DNA of 64,000 bases from NCBI GenBank assembly GCA_047967505.1, contig CM106538.1; one strand, 5' to 3'. The notes under the pieces are model-generated. The model saw only the letters and a program-made list of their open reading frames with translations, was not told where the DNA came from and made no database searches. Each line of letters opens with the position of its first letter. Positions within the stretch are counted from its first letter, which is position 1. This DNA is from Dipteris shenzhenensis (taxonomy: Eukaryota). This document shows, in pieces, positions 36,492-50,100 of this stretch. Made by a program: the position numbers and the translations under genes.

Positions 36492-39150
36492 TATTGGTAA
36501 ACTGAAAGGAAAGGAAAGAGTGGACACAAACTCAGAATACTTGCATTACTTGCTTGTAGAATGAAGAAGAGTGAGGTCCTTAAGTAGGCACCTCATACAT
36601 GCTCACTGACATCACTGATGACTTCAGAGCTCCACAATCATCTCCTCAATCTGCTCCTAGATTCTCTCAATCATCCTATGTGGCTCTCCACCACCTAACT
36701 GTGCTTGTGGGCACCTAACTGTGCCTCTAGCACTCACACATAGAAACCAAGGTGTGCCTGATGCATGCACCTTGAGATATCCCATCAAACCCCCCCTCAA
36801 GGGAATGCCTCAGGCTATGTCAAGGATACATCTAGTCTCATAGTTTCTCATGCCATCTCATGGTGGTCAAGGATAAATCTATGGCTAGGTTCTCATGCTA
36901 GCAAGGGTTCCCATGGGTGTAAGGTAAACAAAAGGGATACAAAAAGACCTTCCAATGGTTATCTCCCCTGCATGTACATGCACACAATGTCTGCAAGAGG
37001 TACCATGGAGCAAAACATACACATGGCCTACATCATAAGGTGACCAGAGGTGTTTACAAAACACACAAAACACAATAATTTATTTCATTCATTTTGGAGG
37101 ACTATCCAGGCTGAGTACCTTGACATAAAAAGAGAGATCTGGAGCATACATAGAGATGTTTTAAAATGCATAATCTTCAAAGGATGCCTCATCTTGTGGA
37201 GGCTCATCAACTGAAAGTAGATTTGATTTTTCTGTCTTTGCTTTGGCTCTGCAAAACTTCTCATTATGGTTGTTCTTGCCACAGTGCTTGCATGGATTAA
37301 TTTTGAAGCAGTCCTTTGAAAGGTGATTTGTCTTTCCACAGTGATTGCAAGGGGTATACTTGCCCTTCTGGACTTTTATAGCATAAACAGTGTCATTGCC
37401 TTTCCTGAGCTCCATATGCCTTTCTTCTTCTTGGAGAGCAGAGATAATACCTTCAAGATTAGGATTAGGAAGATTTTTCAAAGTGGTAACTATGTGATCA
37501 TAATCTTCAGGCATACTCTTAAGTAACACTGCCATAGCATCATCTGGAGTGATAGGAGAATTGATAGAAGCTAATTGAGTCATAAGACTCTGCATATAGT
37601 TGACATGAGCTGCCAAAGTAGTACCACTAACCATCTTCAATTCAAAGAAAGAGATTTTAAGTGATAGTTTAGAGATGTGAGAGCTAGCACCAAAAATCAT
37701 GTCAAGCTTCTGCCAAGCTTCTGAAGGAGACTCCAAGTCAGAGATATGGTGAATATAATCATCTCCTAAAGCAAGAGCAATGATACCATATGCTTTTTCT
37801 TCTCTAGCTGGATCCCTTGAGGATTCTCCAGCATTGGAGGCCGTAGAAGAAGCGGTAGGAGTCGGTTTGACAAGTCCCCATAAGTTCTCCCTCATCAATG
37901 CAAATTTCACCTTCATCTGCCATGTGTGGAAGCCCTTTCCATTGAACTTCTCTAGATTCAATAGGGTAGCCATGAGAGGGTCTAACCCAGATATTGGGCA
38001 GTGTCTATCTCTCTTACAAGGCAAAAAAATAACTGAAAGACTTCCAAAATATGAGCACTTGATGTAGCAAAGACTAGTGACCAATATTCAATCAATGATG
38101 CTTCTGCTTACATGCTTCATAGAAGTGGCTAAAATGAATACTTTCCAATCAAAACCAGGTCTAGCAATTCAAAACAAAACTGAAGCCACACTTGTACTGA
38201 AGTTATTGAAAGTTTCAAAAAACCAGAAATGCTAGAGTAGCATTTTATGTAGCATCATCTTCAAAAACTTGTCCAAAACTATCAAAACTAAAAGGCTGAA
38301 CTTGGAGGGCTTGTAGCTCACTCTTCAAAGCAAGGAAAAGAGGGCTTTCTGAAGCAAAATAAAGCTCATATACCAGAGAGGGTCCAGCATAGAGGTTGGA
38401 CGAAATGGTGTGCACTTTTGCCCGAGAGAGTTGCTACAGGCTGAACCTGAGTTTTGATGATTTCTCCCTCGTTACTAAACCAAATGAGCTGAAAAATGGC
38501 TCAAAATCTTTGTCTTGAGGTCGCCCATCTACTCCTAAGAGGGCTCAGGCAAGGGCTCAGGCAATGGCAAAGCAGGCAGGGAGTATTGAGCAGTATAAGA
38601 AATGGTGAACAATGCGCTGTTTGGGGAATGGCAGCCACCACAGACGTTTTTTCTTCAATTTCTTGCAGGTGGAAGTTCGCCCATACTAGAGGAGTTTCTA
38701 GCTCAGAGGGTTTGGGCAATGGTCGTTTGTAGGTGGAGAACCAAGCTCTCAAAGATTTTGGGAAGAAAGAGGAAAATGGAGAAGAAGAAGATGAAGAAGA
38801 AGAAGATGATGTGGTAGAAATGGGCTCAAGGGGGATCAAAGGGCTCTGATACCATGTTGGTAAACTGAAAGGAAAGGAAAGAGTGGACACAAACTCAGAA
38901 TACTTGCATTACTTGCTTGTAGAATGAAGAAGAGTGAGGTCCTTAAGTAGGCACCTCATACATGCTCACTGACATCACTGATGACTTCAGAGCTCCACAA
39001 TCATCTCCTCAATCTGCTCCTAGATTCTCTCAATCATCCTATGTGGCTCTCCACCACCTAACTATGCTTGTGGGCACCTAACTGTGCCTCTAGCACTCAC
39101 ACATAAAAACCAAGGTGTGCCTGAGGCATACACCTTGAGATATCCCATCA
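36492..39150 (-). mobile_element. Gag-only non-autonomous LTR retrotransposon (TR-GAG-like), 2659 bp, complete
   Basis: 296-bp LTRs at 36492-36787 and 38855-39150 (5 differences by eye); 5-bp TSD CTATT (36487-36491, 39151-39155); PBS TGGTATCAGAGC 38854-38843; PPT TTGAGGGGGGG ~36800-36790; no pol. Confidence 0.93.
37161..37973 (-). CDS. gag: Copia-type Gag, 270 aa, two CCHC zinc knuckles
   Basis: MATLLNLEKFNGKGFHTWQMKVK; LLKSMPEDYDHIVTTL; CNHCGKTNHLSKDC and CKHCGKNNHNEKFC; uninterrupted with its own stop. Confidence 0.88.
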   Translation of the reverse strand: MATLLNLEKFNGKGFHTWQMKVKFALMRENLWGLVKPTPTASSTASNAGESSRDPAREEKAYGIIALALGDDYIHHISDLESPSEAWQKLDMIFGASSHISKLSLKISFFELKMVSGTTLAAHVNYMQSLMTQLASINSPITPDDAMAVLLKSMPEDYDHIVTTLKNLPNPNLEGIISALQEEERHMELRKGNDTVYAIKVQKGKYTPCNHCGKTNHLSKDCFKINPCKHCGKNNHNEKFCRAKAKTEKSNLLSVDEPPQDEASFEDYAF

Positions 39151-42100
39151 CTATTCTAGGAGGGGTATTCCACTGATCATAGGAGAGTGGTGTCCGATTC
39201 CAATCCAAATGTGAGTTTGATGATCTCAATGTCATTATATAGTTACCAGCATGAGATTGGCATCACTGCCATTCCCCACTAGTGGTAGTCTAATTTTATT
39301 GGCATTCTCCATAGAGATTGACACAATTCCATATGATCTCTACACAGCGGAGACAGTGATCACTACATAGAAGAATGCACATGTGAGTTTAGGCTTCTTA
39401 ATGCCATTTCTTAGGGTCTAATAAGAGATTGGCATCACTGCCATTCTCCACTTGTACAAATGTTTACCTACTATTCTAGGAGTGGTATTCCAGTGATCAT
39501 AGGAGAGTGGTGTCCGATTCAAATCCAAATGTGAGTTTGATGATCTCAATTTCATTATATAGTTGCGAGCATGAGATTGGCATCACTACCATTCCCCACT
39601 AGTGGTAGTATAGACAAACTAAATGTATAGATTGACATTCCAGGGCCTAATAAGAGATTGACACAAATCCATGTGATCTCTACACAGCGGAGACAGTGAT
39701 CACTACATAGAAGAATGCACATGTGAGTTTAGGATTCTCAATGCCATTTGTTAGGGCAAGCATGAGATTGGCATCACTGCCATTCTCCGTTAGTGGTAAT
39801 CTAGACCGTTAGTGGTAATCTAGACAAACTAAACCTATAGATTGATGTTTACCCTACTATTCTAGGAGGGGTATTCCACTGATCATAGGAGAGTGGTGTC
39901 CGATTCCAATCCAAATGTGAGTTTGATGATCTCAACGTCATTATATAATCACCAGCATGAGATTGGCATCACTGCCATTCCCCACTAGTGGTAGTCTAAT
40001 TTTATTGGCATTCTCCATAGAGATTGACACAATTCCATATGATCTCTACACAGTGGAGACAGTGATCACTACATAGAAGAATGCACATGTGAGTTTAGGC
40101 TTCTCAATGCCATTTCTTAGGGCCTAATAAGAGATTGGTAGCACTGCCATTCTCCACTTGTACAAATGTTTACTCTACTATTCTAGCAGGGGTATTCCAG
40201 TGATCATAGGAGAGTGGTGTCCGCTTCCAATTCCAATCCACATGTAAGTTTGATGATCTCAGAGATTGACACAATTCCATATGATCTCTACACAGCAGAG
40301 ACAGTGATCACTACATAGAAGAATGCACATCTCAGTTTCGGATTCCTTGTGCATATTTTCAAGTCATGGTATGAGATTGGCACCACTACCATTCTCCATA
40401 GAGATTGCCACATCTCCATATGATTTCTACACAGCGGAGATAGTGATCACTACGTATAAGAATGCACATGTGAGTTTAAGATTCCTTGTGCATGTTTTCA
40501 GGTCATGGTATGAGATTAGCACCACTGCCATTCTCCACATAGATTTGTGTCAATCTCTGTGGAGAATACATAGAAGAATGCACATGCAAGTTTGGGCTTC
40601 TCAATGCCATTTCTTAGGGCCTAATAAGAGATTGGCACCACTTCCATTCTCCACTTGTACAAATGTTTACCCTACTATTCTAGGAGGGGTATTCCACTGA
40701 TCATAGGAGAGTGGTGTTCGATTCCATTCCACATGTGAGTTTAGGATTCCTTGTGCATGTTTTTAGGTCATGGTATGAGATTGGCACCATTGCCATTCTC
40801 CACTGGTGGCATTCTCCACAGAAATTGACACAATTCCATATGATCTCTACATAGCAGAGACAATGATCACTACATAGAAGAATGCACATGTGAGTTCAGG
40901 CTTCTCAATGCCATTTTTTAGGGCCTAATAAGAGATTGGCACCACTGCCATTCTCCACTTGTACAAATGTTTACCCTACTATTCCAGCAGGGGTATTCCA
41001 GTGATCATAGGAGAGTGGTGTCCGATTCCAATCCACATGTGAGTTTGATGATCTCAGAGATTGACACAATTCCATATGATCTCTACATAGCAGAGTCAAT
41101 GATCACTACATAGAAGAATGCACATGTGAGTTTAGGATTCCTTGTGCATGTTTTCAGGTCATGGTATAAGATTGGCACCACTACCATTCTCCACTGGTGG
41201 CATTTTCCGCAGAGATTGCCACAATTCCATATGATCTCTACACAGCGGAGACAGTGATCACTACATAGAAGAATGCACATGTGTGTTTAAGATTTTTTAT
41301 GCATGTTTTTAGGTCATGGTATGAGATTGGCACCGCTACCATTCTCCTTTGGTGGAATTCTCCACAGAGAATGACACAATTCCATATGATCTCTACACAG
41401 TGGAGACAGTGATCACTACATAGAACAATGCACATGTGAGTTTAGGATTCCTTGTGCATGTTTTCAAGTCATGGTATGAGATTGGCACCACTGCCATTCT
41501 CCACTGGTGGCATTCTCCACAGAGATTGACACAAATCCATATGATCTCTGCACATGTGAGTTTAGGCTTCTCAATGCCATTTCTTAGGGCCTAATAAGAG
41601 ATTGGCACCACTGCCATTCTCCACTTGTACAAATGTTTACCCTACTATTCTAGGAGGGGTATTAGAGTGATCATAGGAGAGTGGTGTCCTATTCCATTCC
41701 ACATGTGAGTTTGATGATCTCAGTGTCATTATGTAGTTACCAACATGAGATTGGCATCACTGCCATTCTCCGCTAGTGGTAATCTAGACAAACTGAACCT
41801 ATAGATTGACATTTCACTAATTTTATTAGCTGCAGTAGGATAATGGCAAAAGTGCCAATGCACATGTGAGTTTAGGATTCCTTGTGCATGTTTTGAGGTC
41901 ATGGTATGAGATTGGCACCAATGCCATTCTCCACAGAGATTGACACAATTCCATATGTTCTCTACATAGCGGAGATAGTGATCACTACATAGAAAAATGC
42001 ACATGTGAGTTTAGGCTTCTCAATGCCATTTCTTAGGGCCTAATAAGAGATTGGCATTATTGCCATTCTCCACTTGTACAAATGTTTACCCTACTATTCT

Positions 42101-43577
42101 AGGTGGGGTATTCCAGTGATCATAGGAGAGTGGTGTCCGATTCCAATCCAAACATGAGTTTGATGATCTCAATGTCATTATATAGCTGCCAGCATGAGAT
42201 TGGCGTCACTGCCATTCCCCACTAGTGGTAGTCTAGACAAACTATAACTATAGATTGAAATTCCAGGGCCTAATAAGAGATTGACACAATTCCATATGAT
42301 CTCTACACAGCGGAGATAGTGATCACTACATAGAAGAATGCACATGTGAGTTTAGGATTCTCAATGCCATTTCTTAGGGCCAGCATGAGTTTGGCATCAC
42401 TCCCATTCTCCGCTAGTGGTAATCTAGACAAACTAAACCTATAGATTGACATTCCACTAATTTTATTGGCTGCAGTAGGATAATGGCAAAACTGCCAATG
42501 CACATGTGAGTTTAGGATTCCTTGTGCATGTTTTCAGGTCATGGTATGAGATTGGCACCACTGCCTTTCTCCACTGGTGGCATTCTCCACAGAGATTGAC
42601 ACAATTCTATATGATGCATACACAGCAAAGACAGTGATCACTATACAGTGATCACTACATAGAAGAATGCACATTACCACTAGCGGAGAATGGCAGTAGG
42701 GTAATGGTAAAAGTGCGAATGCACATGTGAGTTTAGGATTCCTTGTGCATGTTCTCCACAGAGATTGACACAAATCCATATGATCTCTACACATGTGAGT
42801 TTAGGCTTCTCAATGCCATTTTCTAGGGCCTAATAAGAGATTGGCACCACTGCCATTCTCCACTTGTACAAATGTTTACCCTACTATTCTAGGAGTGGTA
42901 TTCCAGTGATCATAGGATAGTGGTGTCCGATTCAAATCCACATGTGAGTTTGATGATCTCAGTGTCATTTTGTAGGTGCCAGAGTTTGGCATCACTGCCA
43001 TTCTCCACTAGTGGTAGCCTATACAAACTAAACCTATAGATTGACATTCCACTAATTTTATTGGCTGCAGTAGGATAATGGCATAAGTGCCAATGCAGAT
43101 GTGAGTTTAGGATTCCTTGTGCATGTTTTTAGGTCATGGTATGAGATTGGCACCACTGCCATTCTCCACTGGTGGCATTCTCCACAGAGATTGACACAAT
43201 TCCATATGATCTCTACACAGCGGAGACAATGATCACTACATAGAAGAATGCACATGTGAGTTTAGGCTTCCCAATGCCATTTCTTAGGGCCTAATAAGAG
43301 ATTGGCACCACTGCCATTCTCCACTTGTACAAATGTTTACCCTACTATTCTAGGAGGGGTATTCTAGTGATCATGGGGGAGTGGTGTCCGATTCAAATCC
43401 ACATGTGAGTTTAATGATCTTAGTGTCATTATGTAGGTGCCAGCATGAGTTTGGCATCACTACCATTCTCCACTAGTGGTAGTCTAGACAAACTAAACCT
43501 ATAGATTGACATTCCACTAATTTTATTGGATGCACATGTGAGTTTAGGCTTCACAGTGCAATTTTCTAGGGCCTAAT
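39151..43577 (+). repeat. Satellite block 7
   Basis: Forward monomers; 155-bp offset between 41083 and 41238. Confidence 0.95.
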
Positions 43578-45566
43578 TATGGAGGTTAAAGGTCATTGTG
43601 CCTTTACCTTGGTTATGTACAATACTCAAACACATATATAAATGAATGAAAAAGAAGATTAGGGTGGTTCTGCACCCACCAAAACTTGTGTGGCTCTCTG
43701 TCTCTCTCTCTCCTTGTTCCGTTCTTGCTTCCGTTGAGAGCACTCTCAACTGGTATCAGAGCGCGAGTGATCTAGCTGAGCATGTGTGAATGCTTGGAAG
43801 CTCAGCAGCTCTATGGGAGGAAGGAGAAGCTCTGTGGGAAGCTTTGTGGGTGACTTTACTTGCATCCGAGTGTGTAGAGACCTTGGAGGAACCTTTGGAA
43901 AAGTCACTTTGGTTTTGTGAAGTGGTTTTGAGAGCCTGTTAATTGTTTTTAAAAAAAAAGTCATTTTTTGATCTTTTCCCTGTTCCATATTGACTTATAG
44001 AGGCAACTATTGCTTGCTTTTGGTATCCACTTCACTTCAGGAGCTTGGAAACACCTTCATTCTTGAATCTGGGATCATTTCATTGGATTTCTGACTCACT
44101 GTGTCAGTTTCTATGTTTTTTGCCCGGGTGTTGAAACTCAAGTTTGGAGCAACCATTTGCAGATCTATCAGTTCCAGTGGACTCAAGAGGTCCTAAAACT
44201 TCTATGTTGCTCAACATCATTCGCACTCTGTTGGAGTTTACAAACAGCTCTATTTCCAAAAACGTTTTTCAGTCTGTGTGTTGGACCCAGTGATTGAGAC
44301 CACGGTTTCCAAAACCGTCTGTCCCATTGCATTTCGGACGCCTAAAAACCCCTACCTGTCAGTTCTTGTACAATTCGGTGGAGGATTTTCAGAGTTATAG
44401 ATCTCTGTTTATTCGATTTCATCTCTCTATTATGCATTTTTCATTCTAAGGTTTTGAAACCTTAGATTTATGCCACATGGCAGTGGATAAGTGTTGACTC
44501 CCATTTCTCATTCATCGGTTGGGATTTTGGAGTTCTGGCAGAAAAGAGATATTTGCATATTTTCTTACTGATTCCGATTATGCAATGGCGCCCATGTTTT
44601 GAGGCATCTCAGGTTCTATTTTCAGTAGCGCTCATTACCGTGGGACTATGATTTCTTGAGCATACCTTATGCAGATCACTCTGGTTGCAGTTTGAGCAGT
44701 GTATGCTCATTCGTGGTGTGCATTGGGTTGCAGTGGATGATTTATAGGCCATTTGGATGCATTGCGGTCCTTATTGGATGCACTGATAGGCCCAAATTGC
44801 CTTATGGGATGCTATTTTTTATGGACGCTTTGCACATGGATTCTATTTTATGCTGAGGGACAGCTTTGACACATTGCAGGTGATGCATTGATAGTGCTAT
44901 GCTCTCTTGGATGAGATATTATTAATGCATATGCCAGTGGACAGTGTTTATGCTTGAGTCATTTGGCACTTATTGGCATTTTGGATTGCCATTGCAGTTG
45001 GCATTTTCTTTTGGGCCAGATTTGCTCATATGGATGCATAGTATATGCACATGAGTCAGATGCATCTTTTGATGCTTTGAGCTTTGAGTTTTGGTGATAT
45101 TTCACTCTAATGTGGCATACACATTTGGGTGCACCTGGTATTTGGTGTGATTCTCTCTTGTATGCACTAGCATTTGGGATTTTGTTTTATTTGCATTATG
45201 GCATCCTCTTCCATGTCTAAAAAGGAGTTTTTCAACATTAAAAAGTTTGATGGGAAAAACTTTTCTTTGTGGAAAGGACAAATAAGGGATGTGCCTATTC
45301 AAAAGAAGCAGATTAAACCCTTGGTAGGGATTGAAGCTAAGCTTGCAAATATGTCAGAGGATGATTCAAATGAGTTGGATGCATTAGCAAAGTCTACTAT
45401 TAAACTTCATCTTGCATATTCAGTTTATTTCACAGTAGTAAATGAGCAGACTACGGAAGATTTGTGGAAGAAACTGTGTGCCACTTATGAGAAGGAAACT
45501 GCCTCTAATAAAGTTTACCTCATGAAGAGGTTGTTTGAGCTGCAGATGAAGGAGGATGCATCAATT
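43578..45566 (+). mobile_element. Copia element 4, same family as element 2, truncated within gag
   Basis: LTR 43578-43748, PBS TGGTATCAGAGC 43751-43762, leader colinear with 24930-26175, gag from ATG 45198 to about MKEDASI; ~35 bp of filler, then satellite. Confidence 0.92.
45198..45566 (+). pseudogene. gag: Truncated Copia Gag
   Basis: MASSSMSKKEFFNIKKFDGKNFSLWK...ETASNKVYLMKRLFELQMKE, nearly identical to the Gag of element 2. Confidence 0.88.
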
Positions 45567-45600
45567 TTACGAGCAAAAACCTATGAGCAGGTTTATCCAA

Positions 45601-46901
45601 GCGTGTTTTCAGGTCATGGTATAAGATTGGCACCACCGCCATTCTCCACTGGTGGCATTCTCCACAGAGATAGTGATCACTACATAGAAGAATGCACATG
45701 TGAGTTTTGGCTTCTCAATGCCATTTCTTAGGGCCTAATAAGAGATTGGCACCATTGCCATTCTCCACTTGTACAAATGTTTACCCTACTATTCTAGGAG
45801 GGGTCTTCCAGTGATCATAGGAGAGTGGTGTCCGATTCCATTCCACACTAGTGGTAGTCTAGACAGCATGAGATTGGCATCACTGCCATTCTCCGCTAGT
45901 GGGAATCTAAAAAAACTGAACCTATAGATTGACATTCCACTAATTTTATTGGCTGCAGTAGGATAATGGCAAAAGTGCCAATGCACATGTGAGTTTAGGA
46001 TTCCTTGTGCATGTTCTCAGGTCATGTTATGAGATTGGCACCACTACCATTCTCCACTGGGTGCATTCTCCACAAAGATTGACACATTTCCATATGATCT
46101 CTACTCAGTGGAGATAGTGATCACTACATAGAAGAATGCACATGTGAGTTTAGGCTTCTCAATGCCATTTCTTAGGGCCTAATAAGAGATTGGCACCACT
46201 ACCATTCTCCACTTGTACAAATGTTTACCCTACTATTCTAGGAGGGGTATTCCAGTGATCATAGGAGAGTGGTGTCCGATCCCAGTCCAAATGTGAGTTT
46301 GATGATCACAATGTCATTATATAGTTGCCATCATGAGATTGGCATCACTGCCATCCCCCACTAGTGGTAGTCTAGACAAACTAAACCTATAGATTGACAT
46401 TCTAGGGCCTAATAAGAGATTGACACAATTCCATCTGATCTCTACATCGCGGAGACAGTGATCACTACATAGATTAATGCACATGTGAGCTTAGGATTCT
46501 CAATGCCATTTCTTAGGGCAAGCATGAGATTGGCATCACTGCCATTCTCTGCTAGTGGTAATCTAGACAAACTAAACCTATAGATTGACATTCCACTAAT
46601 TTTATTGGCTGCAATAGGATAACGGCAAAAGTACCAATGCACATGTGAGTTTAGGATTCCTTGTGCATGTTTTCAGGTCATGGTATGAGATTGACACCAC
46701 TGCCATTCTCCAGTGGTATAGATTGACATTCCAGGGCCTAATAAGAGATTGACACAATTGCATATGATCTCTACACAGTGGAGACAGTGATCACTACATA
46801 GAAGAATGCACATGTGAGTTTAGGATTCTCAATGCCATTTCTTAGGGCAAGCATGAGATTGGCATCACTACCATTCTCCACTAGAGGTAATCTAGAAAAA
46901 C
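45601..46901 (+). repeat. Satellite block 8
   Basis: Forward monomers, paralogous to ~14100-15425. Confidence 0.95.
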
Positions 46902-47147
46902 CTCGGGGGGGTCACTCATCATATGTAACCCTATCACGTGAGTTCAACAGAAGGATATTTTTTATTTCTAAAATTTACAGAAATAAATATACATAAGGGA
47001 CTATTTAAAATAGTTTTGGAAAAAATTTACAGATTTGTATAGAAAAGAGGTACATTTTATTAATGAAAAATTTACAGATAAGGGATTTTAGAAATAGGCC
47101 TTGAACGCACGTGGTATAGAGGGCTTATACATAGTGACCCCCCCGAG
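46902..47147. mobile_element. MITE / non-autonomous DNA transposon, 246 bp, 15-bp TIRs, 8-bp TSD
   Basis: CTCGGGGGGGTCACT (46902-46916) / AGTGACCCCCCCGAG (47133-47147); TSD AGAAAAAC at 46894-46901 and 47148-47155; AT-rich non-coding interior; empty paralogous site at ~15419. Confidence 0.93.
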
Positions 47148-50100
47148 AGAAAAACTAAACCTATAGATTGACATTCCACTAATTTTATTGGCTACAATAG
47201 GATAATGGCAAAAGTGCCAATGCACATGTGAGTTTAGCATTCCTTGTGCATGTTTTCAGGTCATGGTATGAGATTGGCACCACTGCCATTCTCCACTAGT
47301 GGCAATCTCCAGACAGATTGACACAATTCCATATGATCCTTACACATCGAAGACTGTGATCACTACATAGAAGAATGCATATTACCACTAGCGGAGAATG
47401 GTAGTAGGATAATGCCAAAAGTTCCAATGCATGTTTTTACGTCATGGTATGAGATTGGCACCATTTCCATTCTCCACAGCGATTTGTGTCAATCGCTATG
47501 GAGAATACATAGAAGAATACACATGTCAATTTACGCTTCTCAATGCCATTTCTTAGGGCCTAATAAGAGATTGGCACCACTGCCATTCTCCACTTGTACA
47601 AATGTTTACCCTACTATTCTAGGAGGGGTATTCTAGTGATCATAGAAGAGTGGTGTCCGATTCCATTCCACATGTGAGTTTGATGATCTCAATGAGATTA
47701 TGTAGTTGCCAGCATGAGATTGGCATCACTGCCATTCTCCACTAGTGGTAATCTAGACCAAAAAAACCAATAGATTGACATTCCATTAATTTTATTAGCT
47801 GCAGTAGGATAATGGCAAAAGTACAAATGCACATGTGAGTTTAGGATTCCTTGTGCATTTTTTCACGTCATGGTATGAGATTGGCACCACTGCCATTCTC
47901 CACTGGTGGCATTCTCCATAGAGATTGACACAAATCCATATGATCTTTACAAAGCGGAGACAATGATCACTACATAGAAGAATGCACATGTGAGTTTAGG
48001 CTTCTTAATGTCATTTATTAGGGCCTAATAAGAGATTGGCACCACTGCCATTCTCCACTTGTACAAATGTTTACGCTACTATTCTAGGAGGGGTATTCTA
48101 GTGATCATAGGAGAGTGGTGCCCGATACCAATCCAAATGTGAGTTTGATGATCTCAATGTCATTATATAGTTACCAGCATGAGATTGGCATGACTGCCAT
48201 TCCCCACTAGTGCTAGTCTAGACAAACTAAACCTATAGATTGACATTCCAAGGCCTAATAAGAGATTGACACAATTGCATATGATCTCTACACAGCGGAG
48301 ACAGTGATCACTACATAGAAGAATGCACATGTGAGTTTAGGATTCTCAATGCCATTTCTTAGGGTAAGCATGAGATTGGCATCACTGCCATTCTCCGCTA
48401 TTTGTAATCTAGACAAACTAAACCTATAGATTGACATTCCACTAATTTTATTGGCTACAGTAGGATAATGGCAAAAGTGCAAATGCACATGTGAGTTTAG
48501 GATTCCTTGTGCATGTTTTCAGGTCATGGTATGAGATTGGCACCACTGCCATTCTCAACTGGTGGCATTCTCCAGAGACATTGACACAAATCCATATGAT
48601 CTCTACACATCGAAGACTGTGATCACTACATAAAAGAATGCACATTACCACTAGCGGATAATGGCAGTAGGATAATGGCAAAGGTGCCAATGCACATGTG
48701 AGTTTAGGATTCCTTGTGCATGTTTTTAGGTCATGGTATGAGATTGGCACCACTGCCATTCTCCACTGGTGGCATTCTCCACAGAGATTTACACAAATCC
48801 ATATGATCTCTACACAGCGGAGATAGTGATCACTACATAGAAGAATGCACATGTGCGTTTAGGCTTCTCAATGCCATTTCTTAGGCCTTACTAGAGATTG
48901 GCACCACTGCCATTCTCCACCTGTACAAATGTTTACCCTACTATTCTAGGAGGGGTATTCCAGTGATCATAGGAGAGTGGTGTCTGATTCTATTTCACAT
49001 GTGAGTCTGATGATCTCATTGTCATTATGTAGTTGCCAGTATGAGATTGGCATCACTGCCATTCTCTGCTAGTGGTAATCTAGACAAACTAAACCTATAG
49101 ATTGACATTCCACTAATTTTATTGGCTGCAGTAGGATAATGGCAAAAGTGCAAAAGTGCAAATGCACATGTGAGTTTAGGATTCCTTGTGCATGTTTTTA
49201 GGTAATGGTATGAGATTGGCACCATTGCCATTCTCCACTGGTGGCATTCTCCACAGAGATTGACACAATTCCATATGATCTCTACACAGTGGAGACAGTG
49301 ATCACTACATAGAAGAATGCACGTGTGAGTTTAGGATTCCTTGTGTATGTTTTCAAGTCATGGTATGAGATTGGCACCACTGCCATTCTCCACTGGTGGC
49401 ATTCTCCATAGAGATTGTCACAAATCCATATGATCTTTGCACATGTGACTTTAGGCTTCTCAATGCCATTTCTTAGGGCCTAATAAGAGATTGGCACCAC
49501 TGCCATTCTCCACTTGTACAAATGTTTACCCTACTATCCTAGGAGGGGTATTCTAGTGATCATAGGAGAGTGGTGTCCTATTCCATTCCACATGTGAGTT
49601 TGATGATCTCAGTTTCATTATGTAGTTGCCAGCATGAGATTGGCATCACTGCCATTCTCTGCTAGTGGTAGTCTAGACAAACTGAACCTATAGATTGACA
49701 TTCCACTAATTTGATTGGCTGCAATAGGATAATGGAAAAAGTGCCAATGCACATGTGAGTTTAGGATTCCTTGTGCATGTTTTCACGTCATGGTATAAGA
49801 TTGGCACCACTGCCATTCTCCACTGGTGGCATTTTCCACAGAGATTAACACAATTCCATATGATCTCTACACAGCAGAGACAGTGATCACTACATAGAAG
49901 AATACACATGTGAGTTTAGGCCTCTCAATGCCATTTCTTAGGGCCTGATAAGAGATTGGCACCACTACCATTCTCCACTTGTACAAATGTTTATCATACT
50001 ACTGTAGGAGGGGTATTCTAGTGATCATAGGAGAGTGGTGTCCGATTCCAATCCAAATTTGAGTTTGATGATCTCAATGTCATTATATAGTTGCCAGCAT

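Noticed and set aside
24757-43748. Treating the LTRs at 24757 and 43578 as the two ends of one giant element
   Set aside because: Both are followed by leader and gag sequence, so both are 5' LTRs. There is no PPT before 43578 and no shared TSD.
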